Assembly (NCBI GenBank): GCA_963729625.1
Contig: CAVSOU010000016.1
Span: forward strand, 1 to 64,000
DNA: 64,000 bases
Direction: 5' to 3'
Origin: an uncultured bacterium
Lineage (GTDB): Bacteria; Chloroflexota; UBA5177; JANWHV01
The notes under the pieces are model-generated. The model did no database searches and was not told where the DNA came from. It was given only the letters and a program-made list of their open reading frames with translations. Position numbers and translations under genes: made by a program. Of the stretch, positions 11,122 through 22,053 are shown in pieces; the stretch's first letter is position 1, and each line of letters opens with the position of its first letter.

Positions 11122-12072
11122 TCACTCTCCCATCATGTTTTCGACGCGGCGACGGATGAGTGACTGGATGAAGAGGATCGCCGCAGCTACCAAGAGGACA
11201 ATGCAGGCCGCGGCCGACGCGAGATTGTACAGCCCTTCGCGGAACGCCTTTTCGTAGATGAGGTATTCCAGGACGTATGTGCTGTTGCTCGGCCCGCCGC
11301 CGGTCATGACGTACACGTAGTTGAAAACCCAGCTCAGCATTGTGATCAGGCTGATGGTGATGTAGAACTCGAGCACGGTGGCAAGCTGGGGTATGGTAAT
11401 GTGCCAGAGACGTTGCCACCAGTTGGCCTGATCGACCATCGCTGCTTCATAGAGCGCCTGATCCACGGAAGCAAGACGCGCCAGAAAGAGGACGACGCCG
11501 AAGCCGATCTGCTGCCAAACGATGACCACGAGTATGACCCAGATAGCAAGGTGCGTGTCGCCCAGCCAGTCCTGAATGAACCCTCCAAGGCCTACACTTG
11601 AAAGAATGTTGTTCAGGGCGCCGCGATATTGAAACATATAGGAGAAGACGATACCGATAGCTGCCGTGGCGAGGATGTACGGCATGAATATGATGGATCG
11701 GTAAAAGCGCCATCCCCAGATGCGTTCATGCAGCACGGCCGCGATCATCAGCGAGAGCACCGCCATGAAAGGCACGGCCAAGAAGAGTCGAAAGTTGTTG
11801 GTGATCGAGGTCCAGAAGAGGCTGTCTTGATACAACAACCGGTAATTGCCAAACCCGGCAAACGGCGCCTCCGAGGTGTTGTCGCTCAAGAAGCTTGAGA
11901 CGACAACGCTGACCATCGGGTAGAAGTAGACCAAAGCAATGGCCAGCGTTGCGGGCAGCAGGAACAGGTAGGGCGTGAGCCGTCGAAGCAACCTGTGCCT
12001 GGTGAGATGGCGGGAAGGGCCGCGGCAGAAGGCGGCCGCGGCCCTTCCCGAGTTGGCTAAAGGAGTTCCCAC
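11122..12072 (-). CDS. Carbohydrate ABC transporter permease (MalF-type)
   Basis: GFGNY, LYEAAMVDQA, YVMTGGGP. Confidence 0.9.
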   Translation of the reverse strand: MGTPLANSGRAAAAFCRGPSRHLTRHRLLRRLTPYLFLLPATLAIALVYFYPMVSVVVSSFLSDNTSEAPFAGFGNYRLLYQDSLFWTSITNNFRLFLAVPFMAVLSLMIAAVLHERIWGWRFYRSIIFMPYILATAAIGIVFSYMFQYRGALNNILSSVGLGGFIQDWLGDTHLAIWVILVVIVWQQIGFGVVLFLARLASVDQALYEAAMVDQANWWQRLWHITIPQLATVLEFYITISLITMLSWVFNYVYVMTGGGPSNSTYVLEYLIYEKAFREGLYNLASAAACIVLLVAAAILFIQSLIRRRVENMMGE

Positions 12073-13412
12073 TTCTTGTATGCCTTCACCTCATCCGCGT
12101 GCTGGGTCCGCCACTTGTCGATGCCCTGCTGAATCGTCGTCGCTGCCTGCGCTGGACTTGCGCTGCCAGAGAACATGGCCTGCGTGGCGGGCATCACCCC
12201 GAGGCCCTCGAACGCCCAGGGATAGTAGTACTGGTACCAGAAGTTGGGCATTACCTTGGTCCACTGCATGAATTTGCTGTCGACCTCGGTGTTCAGCCAT
12301 TCGGGCTTGAAGCGGTTGTCCGGAGACACCGCGTTCGCCCTGGCGTACATGAGCTTCATCATGTCATCGGTGTGGAGGAATTTGAGGAAGTCGGCGGCCA
12401 GCTCCTTCTTCTTTGAGAAGGAGGTGATGGTGAGGACCTGGACCGGCGCGCCGACACTGCGGGCGAACTTGCCGGTGCCGAACATCGGTGTCAGCATGAC
12501 ACCTGCGGTATCTTTGCCCATTTGTCGCTCGAAGCTGACGAGCTGTGGCTGGACCGAATTCGTCATTGCCGCCTGCTGGGTCGCGAACAGGTTCTGACCC
12601 TGGTAGAGGTTGAGAGACATGACGTCCCTGTTCCAGAAGCCGCGCGAGATGGTATCGGCTAGACGTGACAGCCACTCCGTGTACTTCGCGCCGGCGTAGG
12701 GAACACCCGACTTGAATGGGGCAATGGCCTCGCCCACGTTGTTGAAGTTCTGCTGGCCCATGTAGCTGACGAGCCAGCCGCCAAGATACGCATCCTTGTA
12801 TCCGGAGCCGATAGGTGTGATGCCCTTTGCCTTGAGCTTCGCGCAGGCATCCATGAACGCGGCCCAGGTGGTAGGTGGGTTCTTTGGGTCGAGGCCGGCC
12901 GCGGCGAACATCTTCTTGTTATAGGCCCAGGCCGAGCCGATCTGGTAGAACGGCAAGCCCCACTGGTGGCCGTTCCAGAACGTCTCGCGCCGCGCGTCGG
13001 AAGGGATATTGGCGAGCCACGACTTATCAATGTACTGGTCGAGTGGCGCAACGTTACCCATCCAAACGTCCTCAAGCGCCTGGGTACCGCCCCAGAAATA
13101 CTGGATGTCTGGGCCCACGCCGGCCTTGGCGGCCGTGCGGAAAGCGGAATAGAGTGTGTCGCTGTTTTGGAGCACGGCCTGGACCGTGATGCTCGGGTTC
13201 TTTTTCTCGTAGGCCTGAACCGCAGCCTTCATGAAGCTCTGCATGCCGGGAGCTTCTTGCTCCCCCCAGTACCACACGACAAGCTGCTGCTTGGATGCGG
13301 TGATAGGGCTGGCGTCGGCGGTAGTAACCCACTCGGTCGGGAGGGCACCCAGTGCCGCGGCTCCTGCAGCCGCGCCGACGATCTTGAGGAAGTCTTTACG
13401 CGATCCTTGCAT
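12057..13412 (-). CDS. Sugar ABC transporter substrate-binding protein with Tat-like signal
   Basis: MQGSRKDFLKIVGAAAGAAALG (RK variant), YNKKMFAAAGLD, PPTTW. Confidence 0.88.
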   Translation of the reverse strand: MQGSRKDFLKIVGAAAGAAALGALPTEWVTTADASPITASKQQLVVWYWGEQEAPGMQSFMKAAVQAYEKKNPSITVQAVLQNSDTLYSAFRTAAKAGVGPDIQYFWGGTQALEDVWMGNVAPLDQYIDKSWLANIPSDARRETFWNGHQWGLPFYQIGSAWAYNKKMFAAAGLDPKNPPTTWAAFMDACAKLKAKGITPIGSGYKDAYLGGWLVSYMGQQNFNNVGEAIAPFKSGVPYAGAKYTEWLSRLADTISRGFWNRDVMSLNLYQGQNLFATQQAAMTNSVQPQLVSFERQMGKDTAGVMLTPMFGTGKFARSVGAPVQVLTITSFSKKKELAADFLKFLHTDDMMKLMYARANAVSPDNRFKPEWLNTEVDSKFMQWTKVMPNFWYQYYYPWAFEGLGVMPATQAMFSGSASPAQAATTIQQGIDKWRTQHADEVKAYKKWELL

Positions 13413-13892
13413 TGACCTAGCCTCTCTCCAAAATGTGTGAAGAACGGGAACGCGCAGATCTACCATGACTGGGCGTGGCAGCCGCGAGATATGGTCTCCT
13501 ACCAAGGTCCGGTTTCGAGCAAGTGAAGCCCATGATTCCGTCAAACGGCAGGCGTTTACCTCCTCGTGTTAGCGCATTCACCTCCCTTCACCGCCCAGCG
13601 GACCTTCATCTCGAGTGATCCGGACGAACAATGACTGCCCCAGTCAGCCATCTCGGTCACGGGCGCGACGACAAGACATCTCCTGCTTCCAGGCAGCATT
13701 CGTTGCGGCCATCATTGCAGCCGCATCTATTCGCAACAGTCGCGCATCAAATCTAGCACCAGAACTCTTCAATGTCAACCAAATCATGATGGTTATTGAT
13801 CGATATTGCTCGATCTTCGGGCGCTGTCGTATAGTATGCGTAGGAGCGTTGGAGACAGGCCGGCGATAGCGGGACGAGCGGGGCATGCGTTG

Positions 13893-14690
13893 ATGGGCAC
13901 GATCACTGACGACAATTACCCATCCTTGATTGGTGAGGAGCGACGGCGGCGCATCCTCGAGGTGCTCGCGCGCAGAGGTGCCGTCCAGGTCACCGCATTG
14001 ACCAAGGCTCTGCGGTGTTCGGAAGCGACGTTGCGCCGCGATCTCCTGCGCCTGGAACGCGAAGGCCGGCTACGCCGCACGCACGGCGGCGCGGTCGACC
14101 TCACCGATAGCCCTGATCTGGAACTCCCTCCGCAAGACAAGGCCGTCTTGCAGGTGACCGAGAAACGCGCCATCGCCACTGCCGCGGCGCGCCTGATACA
14201 TCCGGGCGAAGTGATCGCGCTTAACGGTGGAACCACGACTATGGAGCTAGCCCGTAAGCTTCGCGCCATCGACGATCTGCGCGTGGTGACCAACTCGATT
14301 GGGGTCGCTACGGAGCTTGCCGGTCTTCCCGGCGTGGAAGTGACCGTGACAGGCGGTACACTGCGTGGCACGCTGGAGCTCATCGGCCCGCTCGCCGAGC
14401 AGTCGCTCCCCAACCTCTATGTGGATACGGCGTTTATTGGTGTCGACGGGCTTACTGTCGAGCACGGACTGACGACCTACAACCAGGCTGAAGCCCAGAC
14501 AAACCGCACGATGATCGCACAAGCACGCAGGCTCATCGTCGTCGCCGACCATACCAAGTTCGGGCGGAGGACGATGGCACTGATCGTGCCTATAAACCGG
14601 GTTGCAGCTGTAGTTACCGACGCGGGGGTCGCAGCAGAGCAGCTTGATGCCCTGCGCACGGCCGGAGTCGAAGTTGTCATTGGTGTCTAG
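13893..14690 (+). CDS. DeoR/GlpR-family transcriptional regulator
   Basis: SEATLRRDLLRLE...RRTHGGA, NGGTTT, VVTNS, ADHTKFG. Confidence 0.93.
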   Translation: MGTITDDNYPSLIGEERRRRILEVLARRGAVQVTALTKALRCSEATLRRDLLRLEREGRLRRTHGGAVDLTDSPDLELPPQDKAVLQVTEKRAIATAAARLIHPGEVIALNGGTTTMELARKLRAIDDLRVVTNSIGVATELAGLPGVEVTVTGGTLRGTLELIGPLAEQSLPNLYVDTAFIGVDGLTVEHGLTTYNQAEAQTNRTMIAQARRLIVVADHTKFGRRTMALIVPINRVAAVVTDAGVAAEQLDALRTAGVEVVIGV

Positions 14691-14718
14691 CTGACGACGA
14701 AGTCGAGGATTCAGAGGG

Positions 14719-15630
14719 ATGCAGATGAACACAATCGAGGATGATATTCGCAGCACTCCGGCCATCTTGCGCCGAACCTCCGCACGCATCGCCGAGCACA
14801 AGAGCGCGCTCGGCGCCCTGTTCGGCGGGCCGGTTGTCTTGCTCGGCTGCGGCACGTCGTACTGTGTCGGCTTGGCGGCAGCTGCCTCGTATGAGCAGAA
14901 ACGCCATGTGCCGGCGCAGGCCATTATCGCATCCGACTACGTTCCACGCCCTGGATGGACAGTGGTGGCGATCAGCCGAACAGGGCAAACCACGGAGCTG
15001 CTCCGCGCCATGCAAGCTGCCCAGGCGATTGGCGCCCCCGTGTTTCTCCTGGCTGGCGAGGAGGCCTCGCCGGCCGCACGGTTTGCCGATACGGTGCTCC
15101 CGCTCGAATTTGCAGCAGAAGCGGGCGTCGTTCAGACGCGCTTTATCACCACGGCCACTGCGGCGCTTCGTGACCTGATGCTGGACGAAGCCTCGGGTGA
15201 CGCATGTGGCGATCTCGCGCCGCAGTTGGAACAAAGCCTGGCTGCCTTCGATCCAACGCCATTTCTCAGGTTCGATCATGTCGTTTTCCTGGGGCGAGGC
15301 CCGCAGTGTGGGCTAGCCTGTGCCGCAGCACTGAACCTGCAGGAGACAGCCCTGCTAGTTCCTGAGGCGCATCAAACCCTGGATTATCGGCACGGTCCGA
15401 TCGCCGCAGCCGATGCGAACACTCTTGTGTGGGCTTTTGACGCAGCTAGCGACACAGAGAGCGCTGCTGTACTGGACGATGTTCGCAACACCGGAGCCAC
15501 GGTGTATGCCTCAGCGGCAGATCCACTTATCACCCTGGCTCAGGCTCAGCTCGTGGCGTTCTCCAAGGCCCGTACCGGCAATCTGGATCCGACTGCTCCA
15601 CGCAACCTCGTCCGCGCGATTATTCTGTAG
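14719..15630 (+). CDS. SIS-domain sugar-phosphate isomerase/deaminase (AgaS/GlmS-C-like)
   Basis: GCGTSY, AISRTGQTTE, LGRG, YRHGP, PRNL. Confidence 0.85.
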   Translation: MQMNTIEDDIRSTPAILRRTSARIAEHKSALGALFGGPVVLLGCGTSYCVGLAAAASYEQKRHVPAQAIIASDYVPRPGWTVVAISRTGQTTELLRAMQAAQAIGAPVFLLAGEEASPAARFADTVLPLEFAAEAGVVQTRFITTATAALRDLMLDEASGDACGDLAPQLEQSLAAFDPTPFLRFDHVVFLGRGPQCGLACAAALNLQETALLVPEAHQTLDYRHGPIAAADANTLVWAFDAASDTESAAVLDDVRNTGATVYASAADPLITLAQAQLVAFSKARTGNLDPTAPRNLVRAIIL

Positions 15631-15792
15631 GCGCCGCAGCGCAAACCGTGCGGATCTTGAGCGTCGATGAGGGGATAGGAGCTCGTGCCAGAGCTGCGGG
15701 TGCTGCAGCGGTGTTGTTGGGTACAAAGGAGGTCGGGTAGGCTGAAGGTTTGGGAGGAGTGCTAGGGGTCAGTCGGTTCATGGCAAAGGCTT

Positions 15793-15868
15793 GAGCCGTG
15801 TGCGGTGATGAATCGCACGCACGGTTCTGAGAGGGCGGAGGGGCGGCAACGCCTCTCCGCTACTCGAC
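15793..15868 (+). ncRNA. Group II intron 3' remnant (domains V and VI), no RT ORF
   Basis: GAGCCGTGTGCGGTGATGAATCGCACGCACGGTTC (DV with AGC triad), then hairpin GCGGAGGGGCG-GCAA-CGCCTCTCCGC, TACTCGAC ending in AC. Confidence 0.85.
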
Positions 15869-15980
15869 TCGGTCGCCATCGTCATCGTCGCAAGCTCCTC
15901 GACGAGGCACGAAACGGCGGACTCCATGGACGAGCACAGTGTCACCGATGTCTTCCTGTCGCCTAGCATACCGCAAGGGG

Positions 15981-16045
15981 TGATCAATTAGGTAATTGAT
16001 CATGCCTCCGTGCCACTTGCCATTTCCTATTGTTGTGAGACAATA
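15981..16045. promoter_or_regulatory. Palindromes/operator upstream of HTH-PIN operon
   Basis: TGATCAATTA-GG-TAATTGATCA (15981-16002); TATTGT-N6-ACAATA (16028-16045) overlapping a TTGCCA...GACAAT promoter-like pair. Confidence 0.5.
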
Positions 16046-16063
16046 AGTAGGGAGGCTGGCTGG

Positions 16064-16714
16064 ATGACGACAGAGCAGAAGCACACTAGCACGCACATAC
16101 TCCGGAGCGGGCGGCCGCCAAAGCTCCCCGAGGAGCGACGCGTACAGTTTTCGGTGCGGGTTGGCCCCGACTATATGCCCGTGCTGGATGCGTTGTCCAG
16201 CGAGCTGCAGTTGACGCGCTCAAGTACGATTGAGGCAGCTCTTGACGCGTTGTTGGCACAGCATCCCCGTCTGCAGGAGGAGACCATGGCAAGAGTGCAC
16301 CACCACGAAGGAGTCGTGACCCTGGATGAGCAGCAATTGACCCAATTGCGCGCGATGGCCGCTGGCGCAGAGACGCATGGCTTTCCCGCGCCCATGGCGC
16401 AGACGTTGCGTGACCTGGTGCAGCAGCTCTCGCAGGGCGAGCCGGTCACGGTCTACCCCGACGACACGGCACTGACGATCGCGCAGGCATCGGACCTGTT
16501 CCACATTGTGCCGCCTAATCTCGACAGGCGTCTGGACGAGGGGGTGATTCCCTTCTTCGTGCGCGGGTCGCAGCGCTACGTCTACATCCGGGACATGATC
16601 GCCTATGACCGGGAGAAGCGCGCCGAGCAGCACCGCTTGATGGGCATCATCCTGGAGACTTCGCAGGAGATGGGAGCCTACGACCTGCCACCGTCCGTCG
16701 CGCCGCAGGCGTGA
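16064..16714 (+). CDS. Putative antitoxin: RHH-like N-terminus plus excisionase-like HTH
   Basis: VQFSVRV...LTRSSTIEAAL; GEPVTVYPDDTALTIAQASDL...LDEGVIPF; overlaps PIN gene start. Confidence 0.75.
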   Translation: MTTEQKHTSTHILRSGRPPKLPEERRVQFSVRVGPDYMPVLDALSSELQLTRSSTIEAALDALLAQHPRLQEETMARVHHHEGVVTLDEQQLTQLRAMAAGAETHGFPAPMAQTLRDLVQQLSQGEPVTVYPDDTALTIAQASDLFHIVPPNLDRRLDEGVIPFFVRGSQRYVYIRDMIAYDREKRAEQHRLMGIILETSQEMGAYDLPPSVAPQA

Positions 16715-17349
16715 TGCCCCCGCAGGATCCGCGCGACCGGCATGTGGTCATTGACGCCAACGCGCTCTATGCCATGCCGCTGGCGGACACACTGCTGACC
16801 GCTGCCACGGCAGACAACCGGCTCTTCCAATTGCGCTGGAGTGCAGACCTGCTGCAAGAAGTGCGAGAGACCATGGAGCGGCATGGCCTCTCGGCTACCG
16901 CGGTTGAACGGCGCATCGGCGCAATGGCACAGAGCTTCCTCGACGAGGAGGTGCGTGGCTACCAGGAGCTGATTCCGCACCTGCAGCTCCCCGACCCCGA
17001 CGATCGACACGTGCTTGCAGCCGCCATCCATGCGCAGGCTGAGGTGATCGTGACGGACAACCTGAAGGACTTTCCACCTGCGGTGTTGGCCCCGCATGGG
17101 CTATGTGCGCAGAGCCCGAGCGAGTTCCTCACCGAGCTGGCCACGCAGTTTCCAGAGCAGATGCTTACCATCGTGCGTGAGCAAGCCGATCGCCTGCAGC
17201 ACCCAGCCATCACGTTCGATCAGTTGCTCCGTGTGATTGAGCAGTATGCACCGGATTTCAGCCGGATCTTGCGTGACCTGGAGATCCGCGATCGGGAGAT
17301 CGGCGCCCCACCGAGCGAGCCAGTGACACTGCCCGACGAGTCCGTATAG
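16711..17349 (+). CDS. PIN-domain protein (VapC-like toxin)
   Basis: VVIDANALY, LPDPDDRHVLAAA, IVTDNLKDFP. Confidence 0.9.
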   Translation: MMPPQDPRDRHVVIDANALYAMPLADTLLTAATADNRLFQLRWSADLLQEVRETMERHGLSATAVERRIGAMAQSFLDEEVRGYQELIPHLQLPDPDDRHVLAAAIHAQAEVIVTDNLKDFPPAVLAPHGLCAQSPSEFLTELATQFPEQMLTIVREQADRLQHPAITFDQLLRVIEQYAPDFSRILRDLEIRDREIGAPPSEPVTLPDESV

Positions 17350-17618
17350 CGGAAGAGGAGGCCAGTATTTCTCGACGCTCTGTATGAATTGACTTGGAGA
17401 TCATGTGGAGGGAGCTACCCGCCGCGCCACCAGGACAAGCCACCTCACCGGCCGACCTTGCGCAGCAGCATAACGGAGGGAGGGTATACCGCATAATTCC
17501 ACAGCCGCGGCTTCGCCGAAAGACCTGGGGCGATGTCGGGGGAGTACGCTGGTTCTGGCAAGTGGCCGCTACAATCCAAGGACGAGATCACGATCACGCA
17601 CGTAAGGAGTTAGTCGCC

Positions 17619-17828
17619 ATGTCCACTGACAAGCGTGGCTTCGCATCGATGAGCCCTGAGCAACAGCGGGCGCTCACCGGTGCCGGCGGCCGGGCCGCAC
17701 ATGCCGCCGGCACCGCCCACACATACACCCTAGAAGAGGCCGCGCGCGCCGGGCGTCTCGGTGGCCTGTCGCGCAAGGCGACGGATGTGGCGAGAGACGC
17801 CGCCGGTATCGCTCGACCCGCTGTGTGA
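17619..17828 (+). CDS. KGG-motif/Con-10 general stress protein
   Basis: RGFASMSPEQQR...GGRAAHAAGTAHTYTLEEAARAGRLGG; RBS AAGGAG. Confidence 0.8.
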   Translation: MSTDKRGFASMSPEQQRALTGAGGRAAHAAGTAHTYTLEEAARAGRLGGLSRKATDVARDAAGIARPAV

Positions 17829-17863
17829 ATTAACCTGTAGATTTCCTGAGGGGGCAGCCTGCC

Positions 17864-18069
17864 ATGTCCACCGCCGCCCGCGGATTCGCCTCCATGCCAA
17901 TCGGACTTCGCCGAGAAATTGCCGCCTTCGGGAGGCCGCGCCTCACTCCCGCAGCGGTCTGCGCGGTGGTGTGGTGACCTGCCAGGACCGCGCGCACATG
18001 GCAGGCAAGGGTGGCTGGCCTCGGAAGGGGGTCGGTGTGAGCAATAGCACGTGTATCAGCAGCGATTGA
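17864..18069 (+). pseudogene. Frameshifted KGG stress-protein paralog
   Basis: MSTAARGFASMP..RREIA, then in another frame GLRGGVVTCQDRAHMAGKGG. Confidence 0.6.
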
Positions 18070-18073
18070 GAGG

Positions 18074-18215
18074 ATGCCGATGGCATGCATGTACACCAAC
18101 AGCAAAGGCCAAGCCTACTATCTGCACGGGCGTGAGACGACACTAAAGAACAGCGGCAGGAAACAGACGCTGTATTTCTTCGCCAAAACGATTAAGGACG
18201 GGGCGCTCGACGACG
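18074..18215 (+). pseudogene. Small conserved hypothetical protein, 3' truncated
   Basis: YTNSKGQAYYLHGRETTLKNSGRKQTLYFFAK...GALDDV resembles a recurrent ~65-aa bacterial family; ends at a junction. Confidence 0.5.
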
Positions 18216-18752
18216 TTGGCCGAGGAGTTCGCCTTCCTAGGTGCCGACTTCGCCCAGCGCGGTACGGTGACCGACGAGGCGATCGGGGTTTTGCGCGCGC
18301 TCTGGACAGGCACACCGACCAGCTTCCACGGCCGCTTCTACGAGTTTGCCGATGCCGTGTGCGAGCCCCGGCCCACCGGCCCGATTCCGCTGTGGCTGTG
18401 CGGCAGCGCACCGGCGATGATTCGCCGCGCCGCCCGCTTTGGCGATGCCTGGAACCCCTTCGGCCCGAGCCTGCCCGCCTATGTCGACGGCGTCGCGGCC
18501 TTGCGTCGGGCAGCAGGAGAGCGCATGCCGTTGCTGTCCGCGCACTTGCGGATCCGCATCGGCGACACGGCACACCCAGACGCGCACGTGGCAGGAACTG
18601 TCGAGGAGGTAGCAGCGACGCTCCGCGGGTACCGGGAGGCGGGGATGGCCTACCCCATCTGCGATTTCGTCGCTGATGGGCTCGATGACCTCCTTAAGCA
18701 GATGCAGGTCATGGCGGAACGCATCACACCGCAACTGGTCGCCGCACCATAG
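18216..18752 (+). pseudogene. LLM-class (F420-dependent-like) oxidoreductase C-terminal half
   Basis: EEFAFLGADFAQRG..TDEAI, FHGRFYEF, IPLWLCG, RRAARFGDAW. Confidence 0.8.
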
Positions 18753-18871
18753 GCCCGCAGCACGCTCTCGCGCCAAGTCCGGTTTCGCCCGGCCTACGTC
18801 GTCGGCACAAGCCATCGCCATAATTCAGGAACGGAGGCCCAACCGGCTGAGGTGTCTGTCGACCCATGCAC

Positions 18872-19067
18872 CCCACATTCCTCACCCCGAAGGTTGAAAT
18901 GTGGAATTTCGCAGTTATCGTCAAGTTCGCGCACGCTGATCGTGGTTGAGACCGCTTCCCAGCGGTGTTCGCATGGCGCTATCTAGAACGGACGGCCTAG
19001 CAAGTGGCCGATCTGCACATCTCGGAAGCTAATTTGGCGCTTTTCTTGCAGGGGTGCGGAATGTGGG
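18872..19067. mobile_element. 196-bp MITE (IS1634-like ends)
   Basis: TIRs CCCACATTCCTCACCCC / GGGGTGCGGAATGTGGG (16/17), flanked by direct repeat ATGCAC at 18866-18871 and 19068-19073. Confidence 0.85.
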
Positions 19068-19114
19068 ATGCACGCGATGAGCTTGAGGCGACGCGAAGAA
19101 CGAGGCCCCGATCT

Positions 19115-19320
19115 CGGACCCGGAGCAGAGCCGGCGGAGCCCGCTGGGCCAACACCGCACTCGCCACGGCACCCCCGACCGCGCGCAATACCTGCTGGAG
19201 CGCCCGCTCCGCTGCCAACAGGTCGCCCGTCACCAGCACCCCGGCAATCTGCCACACGCCGTCCTCCAAGCTCGCTACGCCGTCCACCACTGCTGTTGCC
19301 AGGGTTCCGGTACCCTCCAT
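19115..19320 (-). pseudogene. Possible ISKra4/ISLre2-like transposase N-terminal fragment
   Basis: Strong RBS GAGGAGGAGG; DLLAAERALQQVLRAVGGAVASAVL; truncated before any Cys motif. Confidence 0.35.
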
Positions 19321-19449
19321 CGTGCCTCCTCCTCCTCGGGCACCTGGTTCACTTCAAGGGAAGAGCGTGCCCTGCAGAAGAGGAGGCTATCTCCTGGCTC
19401 TTTAACGCGCCCTGCCCGGCCGCCAACAATCATGAGGCACACTCGGTAT

Positions 19450-19476
19450 TTAGCAGTCCTTGATCGAGACTGCTAA
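19450..19476. promoter_or_regulatory. CIRCE operator (HrcA site), variant
   Basis: TTAGCAGTC-N9-GACTGCTAA perfect palindrome ~290 bp upstream of groES. Confidence 0.85.
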
Positions 19477-19765
19477 TTGGTGTATGCTGATTAATACGAG
19501 CCAGCGATCGCACCATGCCGTGTTGGTTCGGGTACTCGCAGATTGGTCAGGTAAAGGTGCTCCAGCGCCACGTGAAGGAACGCGTGGGTCGGCTGTATGA
19601 GCGCCTCTGCGGACTGCCCTGGGCCTTTTGGTCAGGACAACCATGCAGCGGTACACGCCACCTTGCAGCCCATGGGACAGCCCGTCATGCGCAGCACCAC
19701 GACGCGACGCTCTCGCTGGGCCCTGGTTGGACGAAGTGGTGCAGAAGTATGAGGAGGTACAGTCG

Positions 19766-20068
19766 ATGGCGACACAACTCGCAGTCACGATTCATCCGCT
19801 TGCTGATCGCGTGGTGATCAAGCCGGCGGACAAAGATCAGGTGAGCGCGGCGGGCGTGGTCCTGCCTGACACAGCCAAGGAGAAGCCCCAGAAGGGCATG
19901 ATCGTCGCCGTGGGACCGGGCAGGATCCTGGACAGTGGGCAGCGGCAGTCCCCTGAGGTGGCAGTCGGCCAGACGGTGCTCTATGCGAAGTATGCCGGCA
20001 CCGAGGTCAAGCTTGAAGGCGAAGACTACCTGATCTTGAGCGAGAAGGACATCCTGGCGATCGTGTAA
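19766..20068 (+). CDS. groES: Co-chaperonin GroES
   Basis: [34 protein letters not shown]; RBS GAGGAGG. Confidence 0.97.
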   Translation: MATQLAVTIHPLADRVVIKPADKDQVSAAGVVLPDTAKEKPQKGMIVAVGPGRILDSGQRQSPEVAVGQTVLYAKYAGTEVKLEGEDYLILSEKDILAIV

Positions 20069-20131
20069 TCGGCGGCGCTGTCTCGGCCGACCCGCCCGTC
20101 GTTGGCGCCGCGCCCGGAACATGCATACTGA

Positions 20132-21778
<1,647 letters not shown>

Positions 21779-22053
21779 GCCCGGTCCCCAGGCCCGGACG
21801 TGATGGTCCGAGGTCAAGCGCTGGCGTGCCTTCCCAGGCCGCGATGTGGCTGCAGGTCGTGCCTGCCAGATGCCGCTTTCACTGGCAACTATGTGACAGG
21901 CCCAGAGCTGTATGACGGCTGGAACGTGTGGCCCGACGTCAACGGTCGGACAAGTCTTGGGGGCGCCGCTCCATATTGGGCAGAGGCTGTCCCCTGCTTT
22001 CAATGGGAAGGCGGAGCGAGACGCGTGGACATGAGAAGAATTGGAGAAAAGAG

